From Camelus dromedarius (lineage: Eukaryota), in assembly GCF_036321535.1 (NCBI RefSeq), contig NC_087436.1:55306001-55370000 (forward strand): a DNA stretch of 64,000 nucleotides, given 5' to 3'. The notes beneath the pieces were generated by a model. It was not told the DNA's origin and did not search any database. It saw nothing but the letters and a program-made list of their open reading frames with translations. The position numbers and the translations under genes are program-made. Positions 25,000 to 38,270 of the stretch are shown here, piece after piece (the stretch's first letter is position 1; every line of letters begins with the position of its first letter).

Positions 25000-26430
25000 T
25001 AATGTTTCTGTTTACAAACATATTTGATATCCCATCTGGTGTTTTCTGAACATGAGGTGTGAAATGGAAGAGGATTCTAGGCTTGCGTCTACAGATACCT
25101 CTAATAAGATTGGAAATAAACAATCACAATCTTCAAAATCATTTCAAAGTAACTGAAGCAGAGCAACAAAGTGAAAAACAAACTATAGCAGCAAAACAAA
25201 CAAATAAAAAGCCCTATCTTTATCAAGAAAGCTAATTATTTTTATGAGAGCTGACATTCCAAGTTACCTAATCCTATTATACAAGGTTTGTTGCAAACAA
25301 TGTCTAAGTGAAGCAACAGGATCAAAAGGACACAACTACAAAACACAGTCGCTTAATAAGGAAAGCACTAAGAAATAGTTCTTGAAATCTTAAACTCAAT
25401 AAAGATTTTATTTTGAAAAAAAGCTGCATTTAATGAAAAGTTTCAAGAACCAAGTTATTTAGTAGCAGGAATCATTGTCCCCCCAAAAAAGAAAAAGTTC
25501 ACATGGTTGGTGAGAGCTTAATGAATGAACATGTAAAATTAGAGTGAGAAGATGCTATGTCAAGATGCAGCTTAATTAATCAATGACTCCACTTTCTATC
25601 AATATAAGTTGAAATATTAACGAAGTATCACCTGAAACTGAAGAGATTTAAGAGCAATAAATAGAAAAACAACTCCTTCCAGACTGATGAGTATACAGAT
25701 TTCACCATTAGGTAGCAAGCTCTAGCATTTGTAAAAATTGTAAATGTTGGTGAAATTCTTGAATGATGTTTTCTTGCTGCAATGTTCTGTCTGAAACAAA
25801 AAAAGGCCAAGATACATTTAATTGTTTTGTCTCCATATTTAGAAAGTTCTGTCCAGGAGAAACTGTGTTGGCTTCTTCATGATGTTATTCCATTGGTGGT
25901 TGACTCCATGAGAGGCTTTGCCTCTTGTTACAAAATAAAATCTTGACATTGTTATAATAAATTGCGTTATTCACAGATGAATGCTGGTTTCAAAAAATCT
26001 GGAGAGGAAATGAAAACTAAAATATCTGGATGATGCTATAAAATGATTAACTTTGTAAAAGGATTAGTTCTCTTGAGCATGTCAAACTGGACAAAGAACA
26101 CATAAATCTTTCAATACATACAAAAATCTGGATTCATTGCAGAGAGAATTCTCAGCAAAGTGAGCTGGAAGGTGAATTTCAATAGTACATTTGAGAAAAT
26201 ATTAATCCAAATATTGTTGAATGCTTTGAAAAAGATAAATGGCTGCCCAAACTAACCTAATTAGCAGGTATTGTGTCTTCACTTGAGTAAATCTCTGCCA
26301 AGCTCTGGAATGACAAGATTTTTATGCTTTAAAAGGAAATTGAATCATTGAAAAATCATATTGGAAATAGAAATTTTTAATGTTTCCACTTTTGCTTGGG
26401 TTTGACAGTGAAGAGGATATAAGGAAATAT
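25000..26430 (+). mobile_element. Decayed hAT-Charlie (Charlie2-like) transposase fossil
   Basis: Colinear hAT motifs across frameshifts and stops: YLVAGII and HMVGESLM (about 25456-25523), DEYTDF (25686; DESTD catalytic motif), NCVG...SMRGFAS (about 25861-25925), CVIHR*MLVSK (CxxH, about 25963), KWLPKLT*LAGI (about 26237). Confidence 0.85.
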
Positions 26431-26519
26431 TCCCTCAGTCCCACAGTAAGTATAGGTCGTGTTAATTACCTGCCAGAAAAAAATCTCTTCAGGAAAATCA
26501 AATAAATACTCTAAAATTA

Positions 26520-29045
26520 AAAAATAAAGTAACTAAAATTATAATTCAATATGCTTTAGCAGCACACTAGACCACAGGAAGATAATCATTAAAGGAAAAG
26601 ATAGTTTAGTAGAAAATATCAAACTGAAGTCTAGGAAAAAAAAAAAGGAAAACACAGAAAAAAATGAGATATATGTTATGTAGAAAAATACCTAGTATTC
26701 AGATAACTAGAATTCTAGATATGGAGAAAGGGAGAATGGGGCAACTCAGAGAAGAAAAAATTATTGAAAAATTGAATTTAGGCATATTAAAAAAGACATC
26801 TTGAAAAGTTGATTTATTCTACAAATCTATATAGGTTTAGAATTTAAAAATGAAACAGTGTAATTCTCCTCATTAACAAGATATGGGAGGAAAATTATAT
26901 AACCATACCAATAGATGATGAAAAAAATATTTAACAAAATTCAACTATTCATGAATTTTAAAAATAATTAGCAGACCAGAAATAGAAGGGAGCTTACTTA
27001 ATGCAATGGAGTATCAACCAAAATCTACAGTAAACATCCTATTTAATGGTGATATAAAATTTAACTGTGAAACTAGGGATGAGATAGAGAAGCTTACAAA
27101 CACCACTTCTATTCAATATTTCATTGGAGGGAGCTCAGTGATAGAAGAAAAAGAAATAAAAGATACAAGGATTGAAAAGGAAGAAGTAACACTGTATTCA
27201 CAGATGACATTATATAGTATATAGGAATTCAAAAGAATATTAGAAAGAGACAGTTAAACTTAATGTGACTTTAAAAAGATCACTGGTTTTCAGGGAACTA
27301 TATTCAATATCCTGTAGTAACTTATGGTGAAAAAATATGAAAATGAATATATGTATGTTCATGTATGACTGAAGCATTATACTCTATACCAGAAATTGAC
27401 ACAACATTGTAAACTGATTATACTTCAATAAAAAAATACATATTTTTAAAAAGATCATTGCATTAAATATTAACATACAAAGTCAGTTGTATTTTTAATT
27501 AAGAAATGGAAATGTGAAAAGATATTAATTATCAAAATATTCAACTAAGAAACTTGTGCAAGAGTTATATACCAAGAAAAATATTAATGCAATTAATTAA
27601 AGAAGATTAATCAATGGAGTATTAATCAATACTTTATATTGTATTTGTCACTTCTCCCTGAATGAAACTATAGATACAATGCAATCTCAATAAAAAATCT
27701 CAGCAAGTAAATTGATGAGCTGATTTTAACTCATGTAAGGATGAGAGTCAAGAAAAGTGAAGACAATCTTGAGGAAATGAACATTGTCAGAGGATATAGT
27801 TGTCATCAAGACATATAATAAAGTCATGGCTATTAAAGCAGTGCAGTACTTACTCAAGAACAGACAAACAGAGTAATGAAATACAATAGATAGTACAGAA
27901 ATCAGCTTGATTTAAGACAAAGATGCCTCTGCAATATGGTAAGGAAGGATGCTCTTCCTAATAAATGAGGCTGGATTAATTCTATACCTGCATAGGAGAA
28001 TATAAATCTATCTACATCACACTGTATATAAAACCAATTACAGATGGATTTAGAACTATTTGGATGATAAAACAATAGTAATTCTAGAATAAAACATGTG
28101 ATATCTTTATGACTTTGGAGTAGGCAAAGATTTTTAAACTGGCTGCAAAAAGTACTAATCATAAAAAAATTATTGATAATTGAACTCCATTAAAATTAGA
28201 AAGTTTGTTCATCAAAAGAAACCATGAAGAGGAAGGAATAGCAAGCCACAGAGCTGGGAAAGTAAGTCATATCCAACAAAGGATTTGTATCCAGAATAAG
28301 CAAAGACTTTCTAAATATCAATAAGAAAAAAAAGACAACCCAAATCTTATAAAATAGATAAAATTTGAATTAATTCCTTACAAAGATGGCATCTAAATGA
28401 TAACACAGCCTATGTAAAGAATTCCAACATCAGTAGTCATGAGGGAAATAAAGAATAATGGCACAATTAAATGCCACCATGGACCTACCACAACAGTGGA
28501 AAAAACTCAAAAAAACTTTTAAAAAAAGATGATTTCAAGAGTTGACGATAGGAGCAAATGGAAAGCTCATTCACTACTAGTTGGAATGTAAATTGGTATA
28601 CTGCTTTAGAAAATACTTTTTCAATATTTACTAAGTCTGAGCTTATAGATACTCTCTGATCTATTAAATACAGGCTATGAATGTCAGTTTTTCCAAAACT
28701 TCAAACAATACAAATGTCCACCAACAATAAAATATGACTATAAGCAACAAAGTGATAAATCTCACACACTTACTGGTGAATGAAAGAAGCTAGACACAAA
28801 ATTTTCATTTTTCAATTTGTTTTCATTTATGTAAAGCTCAACTACTAGCAAGCTAAATTAATAAGTTCCTTTTGGTGCTAATAACTGGAAGAGGATGAAG
28901 TGGACATTTCCAGGAGGATGGTAATATTCTATATCTTCATCTGGATTATGGCTCTGTGTTACTTTATAAAGTGTAATTGAACTGTACAATTTCTAGTCTC
29001 TGTACTTCTCTATATGTGTACTGTACTTCAGCGGGCATTTAAAAG
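26520..29045 (+). mobile_element. Ancient L1ME remnant (ORF1 fragment, ORF2 RT region to 3'UTR, many deletions)
   Basis: RT-like ATACCAATAGATGATGAAAAAAATATTTAACAAAATTCAAC (cf. ISIDAEKAFDKIQ), TTCACAGATGACATT (cf. FADD), and later ORF2/3'UTR landmarks such as TTGGAATGTAAATTGGT and TGAAAGAAGCTAGACACAAA. Confidence 0.8.
27291..27447 (+). mobile_element. Young lineage-specific L1 3' end with TSD, nested in L1ME
   Basis: CAGGGAACTATATTCAATATCCTGTAG...CCAGAAATTGACACAACATTGTAAACTGATTATACTTCAATAAA; TSD AAAAAGATCACTG (27273-27285) and AAAAAGATCATTG (27448-27460). Confidence 0.92.
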
Positions 29046-29189
29046 AGTAAATTAAGATTTAAATAAATTGCAAAAAGTATTTTGTTTGTACACCACATCA
29101 TGTTATAGCCAAGACTATCCTGTCTTTTCCATTGAGTTCTGAGCCTGTGCATGTACAAATGCTAAATTATTTTATTCATTTTATTTTTA

Positions 29190-29680
29190 AAATAAGTTTG
29201 GAATTAGCATGACTATTTCCAGTAAGATTGAAAACATAACTTTTTACTGCAATTATATTTTCAAATTAGACTTTCATTGAATTACTATTGAATTTTCCTA
29301 GCTAATGATAGAATATATATTACCATTTGTTCGTCTTTTTTGATTATATGTTCCTCTTGGTCTTTTAAAATTTTCTTCATAAGGTTTTCGTCTCATTTCT
29401 TCTAACTTTGTTTCTAAGTATTTTATCTTTTTATTGCTTTTATAGGTAGGTTAATTTATACTCATAATGTTTTTCTTTTTGGAATATGGAAAAGCTACTT
29501 TTTGTAAAAAAAAAAAAAAAGTAATAATAACCTTGTAATCACATTCTCTTGTATGAAACCATTTTCTAATTGTTTTTCTTACATTTGTAGGTATCTAATT
29601 TTATCATCTGGAAATTGCCATAATTTTCTTTCTCTCTATCCAGATTTTCTATTTCCAATTTCTTTGTTCTTATCATTTTT
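29190..29680 (-). mobile_element. Ancient L1 ORF2 fragment
   Basis: T-rich antisense ORF2-like segments such as TTTGTTTCTAAGTATTTTATCTTTTTATTGCT. Confidence 0.5.
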
Positions 29681-31885
29681 TTCTGATTACATCCCCCACT
29701 CTGTTCATAAAAATAATACATTTTTTATGGAGCCTTGATTAGGAATCCAATGTGATTTGTTCAGAATCAATCTGAAGACTAGGATAGCTGACTGAAAATA
29801 ATAAATTAGCTGTTTATCCTCTATGATCTTATGACAAGGCGTGAAAAAGAAGAAAGTGGAAAATTATAACCATGATAATAATGATTATAGCATTTTCCAT
29901 AAGGAATTGAAATGAATTGTTTAGTAATTGGCAGTTTTATTTCCAGAAATACGTATTAAAATTAATCTACATTTGAATTTCTGAGTTAGAAGGACATTGT
30001 CTGACAAAACTCAGGAAATATGTGCATAAAATGAGTCAGAACAAATAGAATATTAGATATACAGATCTATTTCTTCTCTTCTTTGAATATCTATTGAAAA
30101 ATATCTGAAAATTTATCACTGCAAAAGAGTAAGAGTTTTCTTATTTTGAACCCTACTTTTGGACACCTTCACAAAGAAAAACTCTAAAAATGTAAATGAG
30201 TAAATTGCTTTTAAGGATAACTTACATTTAATTATAACACAGGTCATTTTGATGATTGCATTTTTGTGGTCTTTTTTTTGTTTTTCTCATCTCTAAAATT
30301 CTAAAAAGGATGAATTAGACTCATTAATAAGCATTAGGTCATCCATAGTCATGAGTAACTTTTCTGAACTTGATTTAAGAATTAGAGATTTATAGGAGAA
30401 ATACATCAGGCTTTACTAATTGGATAAAATACATTTGTATTTTGACCATAAATTCTGTAAAGTAATATAAAACTAAATTCAATCAAATTATCATCATTAT
30501 GCTTATTAGTCATTTTTGAAAGTAAGCCAAGATTGTTGAGATTATGGGTAGAGTTAATGACTAACCTTACTTGTTATAAACAACCCATAATTGAAGACTG
30601 AATCACTTACGCTCATAAAGTAGCTAAATTGTTGACATCCTCTCTCTAACCAAAATGTTCTTGTGGCCTTGCACTTAGGAGAGGTAAATAATCAATTTCA
30701 ATTTCTCTAAGCAGTTTCTCTCTTCCTTCATCCCTTAATTTTTTTGACCTGGAAATTTACCATTAATTTAAAATAATGTACATACACTGACATTTGGCAA
30801 GCAATAGATCAATGCTACTACAACATGCATATATCATACTTAGGCTGTTTTAATTCAAAAGCAGTTCAGTCATATTTACCAAAATCATGCACTTAATGGA
30901 TGACTTAGTAGTCAAAATGCTGAATTAGTATGTGCTTGTTTTAATTGTCTTGATGCTCAAATGCCAGAGAGGTGAAATAAATTAAAGAAGATGGATGAAA
31001 GCAATAAATAATAGGGAGTAGTGGGGACTGTGGCCAACCAAAGAACCAATAATCTGTGTGAAGTACCATTTACTATTTGGATATTGCAGATTGTTGCTAT
31101 CCAGAAGGTGGGCAAATTGTTGCCAGAGCTTCCTGTTTTAAAAGAAGCTGATACTATAGATTTTTTTATGGATCGAAAAATACTTCTTTATAAAAAAAAG
31201 TGGGCAAAATAAAACACATATATATATACACATACAGATCAACGTCCTAGGCTTCTAACTGGCCATATCTTTTTCTGATAAATGAGAAAAATAAATGAGA
31301 ACAATATTCAAATATTCACTCCAATTCAATCAGTGTATATTTATAATCTTATGACAAGATATCTTTGTAAGCTCATTATATGAGCTCACATCCTTGTCTG
31401 TGAGTGGGCAAAAGTTATTGTAAAACACTAGCCTTGGCTGAGGACTAAGTTTGTTATAAAAACATGAAGGCAGAGACCTAAATACAAGTGTGCAGTGCTT
31501 ACTAGCCAGGGAAGGAAATGAATTGTCACCCAGGTCAGTACCAGTGGTGAGATAACTTCTTCCTATCTCATTTTTTATCAAGTTATCTATTCTGAGGTTT
31601 TCGAATGTTTCCTCGTGAGAAACCTGAAATAGAATGTACCTATAATGGCAAAAGCAAGGGTTGGGCAGGGAAGCTTAGGGGCCTTTCTGCACATGCAAAT
31701 TTTAACTCTATTCTTTTAAAATATTTTTGAATTTTTACTTCTTTTTCATGAGACATCTGTATTTGTTTGCATATACAAATATTTTGAAGAGTATTATAAT
31801 TACTGTCCCTAGGAGATGTGCCAGTCTATTTTGTGGCTTCGAAGGGACAAGGTCTGCAATCTGAGAATTAATTAGCCTTTATGGT

Positions 31886-32408
31886 TGTTGAGAGGCAGAG
31901 ATATTGAATAATATCCTCTGAACTGAGAAGGAACTTTGAGAACAAAAAATGAAGCAGGCAACTCCATAAAGTACAATTCTGAAGTTGTTTGTGGGTAACT
32001 TACATACAGGTGGGATCAGGGGACAAGATCCCAAGTTATTCACAGCTGCACTCACTCCACTCTGTTGAAAGGTTTACAGGGGGATTTAAAAGGGGCCAAA
32101 GCAAAAAAGAAAATCCGACTACCTAGTGTGAAGGGTGTCCAGACCAACTGGAACCAGGGTTTCCCCCTCATCCTCCCTGGGGGTTACATGACGATTAACC
32201 ATCTGCATCAGCAAAAGCCATTCTTCAGTTTTCATGTGAGATGAGGACAAGGGTGAAAGTTGATAGGGAACTTATCCGGCCTGGGCACATTCCTTGTGAG
32301 GAGGCTAAAGCTCAGTCATGCAGAAAGGGAAGTCGGTAGGACTGCAGGTCTAAGACGGAACTGACAAAATGGAGTCAGTGTGGTTCAGTGGCAGATTGAA
32401 TTTTAACA
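31886..32408 (-). mobile_element. ERV1-like solo LTR
   Basis: GC-richer block with TGTTG...TAACA ends; CAAAATGGAGTC near the right end (GACTCCATTTTG, a common ERV1 U3 motif on the minus strand). TSD not clean. Confidence 0.65.
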
Positions 32409-33269
32409 TAATGTGACTCCTAAGCCCTGGTCCAACAGAGTAGCCCAGGCCAGTACAAACCATACAGTGCCGTTAATATTTTGTAACTCATACCTACAGT
32501 CCCATTTTTTTTTCAAGCTCTGAAGAGAACTAAGCAACAAATCATCAAAGATAACATTTTCGGAAGTCGGTTACAAACTGAACAGCACTACTATGCAACT
32601 TAATAAATGAAGCATGTTTTTATTTGCTGCATTGTCACATTTGTTAGAGCCGATGGTGGTATATATGCCAGAATTACCTCATATAAATAAGTAAGAGGCT
32701 AAAAATTAGGCACTTTTATAAGTTCTTAAGCACTACATAGGAAAAAAAGGAGAAATAAATATGAGCAATATCAGCTTAAAAAAACATGCTGTATAAACTA
32801 TTTCAAATGTCTTGCAACCTTACTTTTTATTTATTTCAATCCCCTTAGCTATTCTGAATTATTCAAATGATATATATTTATCCTGTATAGAACCCGCTTA
32901 TGTGTTTATCCAGGAGCAAATTATAGGACAATGTATTTTATGTAGAAGTCTTATTTTTGATGTTCCATTTTTCACACTAAAATCTTGAAGCAGCAGGGGT
33001 CAATGGTCTGAAACTTGTGCCAGTCCTTTTTATTGTAACATAAAATTTGGAATCTTTCTCTGGTGTAGGCAGAAGATGAGTAATCTATCGGGTGTGCACA
33101 AAGATTTCACGTTTTTCTGTGACACTTGTATTCCTGTTTTCTGTACATATCATTACTCTTGTTAGAATAATGACAGGATAACATTTAATTTCTTGTGTGC
33201 CTGTGTGTATTCTGTATGACATAACTTCTTAGACTGGGGAATATAAAATTGTATATAATAGTATATAAG

Positions 33270-33485
33270 AGAAATAGTTATGGAATTAAAGTGGGTAGTT
33301 TTAATCCAAGTACTCCTTTAAGCACTTACTATTTGAGTGATTTTGAAAGTTATTTACCCCCCTTCCAAGCCTCACTTTTGTTAAATGTAAAGTGATAACA
33401 ATGAAAATTTCTAATCTGTGTTACCAGAATTGAACCAGGTGATCCATGTAAGTACTGTGCATTGCTACTTGTTAACTCCTATTAT
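33270..33485 (+). mobile_element. MIR SINE
   Basis: CACTTACTATTTGAGTGATTTTGAAAGTTATTT...GCCTCACTTTTGTTAAATGTAAAGTG. Confidence 0.65.
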
Positions 33486-33584
33486 TAGAATTAAGATTTA
33501 ATATATATCTGAATATGGGCAATTAGCTTTATTAACCATTTAGTTATTACCTCACTATGAACCCTCAGCACTGAAATTTACTGT

Positions 33585-33722
33585 TATCTGTGAGCCTCAG
33601 TTATTCATCTGTAAAACAGTGATAATATTACCTATTTTGTTCTGGTGTCTTGAGGATAAATGAGATGAAACATGTCTAGTGTTTAGAACTGGATCGCACA
33701 TGGTAGATACCCAGTAAATATT
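33585..33722 (+). mobile_element. MIR SINE
   Basis: TCTGTGAGCCTCAGTTATTCATCTGTAAAACAGTGATAAT...GAGGATAAATGAGATG...GCACATGGTAG. Confidence 0.85.
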
Positions 33723-33892
33723 TAAAATAATAATTGATTGCTTTTCTACTAAATAGATTTTAATCAATGAATTAAGGTTCAGTGTTTTTAATTCCTATTA
33801 TTCTTTCTTTTATGCTTCTTTATATTTTCCATGAAATTTTTTAAATAAAATTTACTTCTTTATATATACAAATCATCATTTTTTTTTCCTTA

Positions 33893-35110
33893 AGCAACCA
33901 GTAACAAATGTTGGTGAGGATGTGGAGAAATGCAAACACTTGTACACTGTTGGTAAGAATGTAAATTGGTGTAGCCACTTTGGAAAACAATACGGGGGTC
34001 CCTTAAAAATTTAAAAATAAGACTACCATATGATGCAGCAATTCTACTTCTAGGTATTTATCTGAGAAAACATAAACACTAATTCAAAAAGATATATGCA
34101 CCCTTATGTTCATTGCAGCTTTATTTACAATAACCAAGATAGGAAGCAACCTAATTGTCTACTGATAGATAAATGGATAAAGAAGGTATGGTGTGTATAT
34201 ATACATATATATATATACACACACACGTACCATGGAACATTACCCAGCCATAGAAAAAAGAATGAAACCTTGCCATTTGTGACAACATGGATCAATCTAG
34301 AGCATATTTTGCTAAGTGAAGTAAGTCAGACAGAGAAGGACAAATACTGTATGATTTCACTTATATGTGGAATGTAAAAAATAAAACAAATGAACAAACA
34401 TAAAACAGAAGCAGAGTCATAGCTAGAGAGAACGAATACGTGGTATCCAGAGGCCCAAGAAGTTGGGGGAGGAGAGAAATAGATGAGGGAGATTAAAAGA
34501 TAAAAACTTACAGTTACAAAATAAATGAGTCATGGGATGAAATGTACACTGTGAGGAACATAATAATAATGTAATATCTTTGTATGGTGACAGATGGTAA
34601 CTTGCGGTGATCATTCTGTAATGTATAGACATATAGAATCACTATGTTGTGCATCAGAAACTAGCATAGTGTTGTAGGTCAATTATTCTTCACATATAAG
34701 CAAAGTCATAGAAAAAGAGATCAGATTTGTGGCTACCAGATCCAGAGGGGGTGGGGTTAGGGGGAATTAGATGAAGGTAGCCAAAAGGTACACATTTTCA
34801 GTTATAAGATAGCTAAGTACTAGGGATGTAACACACAACATGATAAATATAATTAACACTGCTCTATGTTACATATGGAAATATTTAAGAGTAAATCCTG
34901 AGAGTTCTCATCACAAGGAAAAATATTTTTTTCCTTTTTCTTCTATCTTGTATCTATATGGGATGATAGTCACTAAACTTATTGTGGTTATCATTTCATC
35001 ATGTGTGAAAGTCCAATCATTATGCTGTTATACCTTAAACTTACACAGGGCTATATGTCATAAATAAATCATAGGTAAATCATATCTCAATAGAGCTGGA
35101 AGGAAAATAA
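33893..35110 (+). mobile_element. L1MA9-related LINE-1 3' end (ORF2 C-terminus plus long bipartite 3'UTR)
   Basis: AACAAATGTTGGTGAGGATGTGGAGAAA...CACTTATATGTGGAAT...CATAGAAAAAGAGATCAGATTTGTGGCTACCAGA...TATCTCAATAGAGCTGGA. Confidence 0.92.
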
Positions 35111-37104
35111 AAAGTGTAAGAGAAAAATATTTCATGTATATATATGTATCATCACTTTTTCTCTTTAATCAGTAACTCAATTTCTTTGATACTAAGTAGG
35201 TAAAAACTGTATAGTTGTCTTTGTTTTCTACCTCACAGCAAAAATCACCTTTTAGATCACATGATAATGGGTGGCAGGGTTATTGCTTTGCCTCTGATGT
35301 CTTTCAACAGGGCCATGCTGTATACTAGAGTCACATGTGTTGGAATTCACAGAAGACCATTGTTCGTAGCAAGGGCTAATAGAAGACATATATCAAAAGC
35401 AGACCATTTGATAGTTACCACCTTTGACAAACCAAACAGGCTGTTTCCTGAGTGGTATGGCTTAGTGGAAACCCTTGTAAACCCCAGCACTTGCTGAGTG
35501 CTGGAATCGTGAGCCCTCTCCTGGCAGTAGCTCTGCCACTTATGCTAGGTCGCTGGATGGCACTGACAAGCACCCTGAGGAGCGCACCCTGGAGGTTCTG
35601 AGGACAACCTGGGGCTGAGTACAAGGAAATGAGTCAGTGTCTAGTGATATATAGAGGTTGCTCTTAGTACATGACAAATCTATTCACACCTGCCCATCTT
35701 ACTACAAAACAAATTTAGCTCCAAGTGATAGTATGAAAGCTCATTTGATAGATGTTATTTTAATCTCCAAATCTCAGCAGTTTCTTATTTTTATGTTTTA
35801 TGGGTCTTTCTCCATTACTACTTAAATATTTCATAAATAAAAATATATATTTGGGACTCTTATACAAATTAAATGATTACAATGATGGTACTTTTATTGC
35901 TATCCAAGTCATACTCCAGATCTTTGAATGTAACAGCAAGTGATATTCTTCTTTAACTTTTTGGGGGGTGGGTAAAAGAAACATGTAGTTTTGTGAACTT
36001 AAAAAAATAACCTATTATATTTTACTGCTTTTATCTTTATATTAGTTCTCAAAGTATTCTTTTCCCAATATTTATATTTATTGTTTAATATTGTTACTCC
36101 ATATTGCCCTAACAAGTACTTAAAAGGAACCACTTGTACTCCATGCAGTGCACACTTTAATTCAAATTGAAAAATATATTTGCTTAAATTAAAATAGTCA
36201 GTAGGATATGCCTGGTCATGATGGTGCAGTTTGTAATCTCAGTGATTTTTAATCATGTCTATTGATGTTATTAAACATTGATGTCATGGCTCTATCGTTT
36301 ATGTTATATGCTTTTCAACAAAAATACGTGGACAATTACATATACTCTGGAATATGGGATAATTTGGGTAGTGTCTCCTTCTACTTTCTTTTGTAATGTT
36401 ATTTAATATCTCAGGCACTCATATATTACTTGTGCAAATATTAAAGAAAAATATTAAAAATATTAAATATTGAAGAAAAACATTAGAGAACATGTGTGAA
36501 TTAATGGAAGAAGCAGATAGTTATTACCCTGTTATGTATAGCATCCTTGTTTCCTGGCAGTGGCTAATGGCATTCCTGCTCTCCTCACCCTCCTAATTCC
36601 CTGGTCCCCCTTTCGGATAGAGAAGTAAAAAGGGCCTAAAGTTTTGTCAACTCTGGGAATTTAAGCAAATTTCTTGGTATGTATAAGTCTCACTTTCTTC
36701 ACTTGTATAAAGAAAATAACACTCCCTTCTTCCCGGGTTTACCCTGAGTCTAAAATGAAAGGATGCTAATAAAATACATAGCATGGACTAAACACATTTA
36801 ATTCTCCTCCTCCTTTCTCATCTTGTTGAACCTAGTAATTAACAGTCACAAGAGGATCCCTTAACTATAAATTTAATTTGAAATGCAATTACAAGGATAT
36901 GTTGGCCTCTGAAAGAGAAATTGATACTTGATGAAGGTGATTCCTACTGGAGTGAATAGAACTGCAGGGAAGATTACACACTTCAAAACAATGAGTGTAA
37001 AATCAGCACATAGGTTCTTGCAGAGACAAACTGTATGGCATTTATGGATTATGATGCCCCTAAAATTATAGATTAAATGTAGATTTTAGAAATGCTTTGG
37101 AGCA

Positions 37105-37313
37105 AACTACTAACTACTATATATAAATAAATAAGTTTATACTGTACAGCATAGGAAACTTATTCAGTGTCTTATAGTAACCTATAATGAAAAAGAATAT
37201 GATAACAAATATATGTATATATGTATGACTGAAACATTATGCTGTACACCAGAAACTGGCAAACATTGTAAACTGACTATACTTCAGTTAAAAAAAAAGA
37301 AAGAAAGAAAGAA
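37105..37313 (+). mobile_element. Young lineage-specific L1 3' end with A/(GAAA)n tail and long TSD
   Basis: Same 3' end as the copies at 9095 and 27291; flanks AGAAATGCTTTGGAGCAAACTA (37088-37109) and AGAAAGGCTTTGGAGCAAACTA (37314-37335). Confidence 0.93.
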
Positions 37314-37628
37314 AGAAAGGCTTTGGAGCAAACTAATTACAATTTTTAAGTAGTAAAGAAAAAGGGAAGAGAATATTCCTTTTAAGTTGTAAATTTGACT
37401 AACTGAAACAATAGAGCTTGCAATAGCATTGGCAAAGTTAAATTAAGACTACACTGACTTTCTCAAAAGTTATATTGGTTTTTAGAAGAGAAATCCATGT
37501 ATTCACATCATTCAGGACTTTAGATGTTAGTGTGAGTAAAATAAAAGAATGAAACGTACTATGTAATCCAAGTACAGCTAAGAGACACACTAGCCATGAT
37601 CAAGTTCAGGGCAATAGCCAGGTAGTGG

Positions 37629-38270
37629 TGATGCAGGAGAACAGATGTGGGGCTTGAGAAGGGCTGTGTCCCAGGCTTCGGTTGAGCTCCGAGGACATGC
37701 CCCACCAAGTGTGGGTCCTTGGCTTCGCACAGGAAAGAATTCAAGAGCGAGCCACAGTTGAGTAAAGGTAGATTTATTCAGAGAGATACATTGAAAGGCA
37801 AGAATAGGCCACAAGGTGCGGGAGTTGGGTGCTCAGATTAAAAGTAGGTACACACTCCATAGACAGAATGTGGGCCGTCACCAAAGAGGGAGGGGGGAGA
37901 GAGAGAGAGGGGTGGCCCTGAGGCGCCATGTTGTCAGTTTTTATGGACTTGGGGGCTTCATATGCTAATATGTGGAAGGACCAGACTAAGTAGCCTGGGG
38001 AAGGGGCTGGGATTCCCAGGAAGTTGGCCATTTCCCACTCTTTGACCTTTTGTGACTAGCCTTGGGACTGCCATGGTGCCTGTGGGCGTGTTATTCACCA
38101 TGTTAATATATTACAATGGGTGTATAATGAAGCTCAAGTTCTGCTAGAAATTAAATCTCCCTTGTCTTGAGCCTCAAGGCCTACTAGGGGTTGAATCTTT
38201 CACCATTTTGATGTTAATTGCTGTAGCATTCCTTGAATGGCTGTGCCCTGCCCCTTTCCATCCTGTCTCA
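37629..38270 (-). mobile_element. Young ERV1-class solo LTR (642 bp)
   Basis: TGATGCAGG...CCTGTCTCA ends; perfect 4-bp TSD GTGG (37625-37628 and 38271-38274); TTTATT minus-strand poly(A) at about 37773; many CpGs retained. Confidence 0.93.

Noticed and set aside
34380..35110. Apparent duplication of L1 3'UTR modules, suggesting two nested L1s
   Set aside because: No internal poly(A) or TSD; as I recall, a bipartite 3'UTR is a consensus feature of this L1MA9-related lineage.
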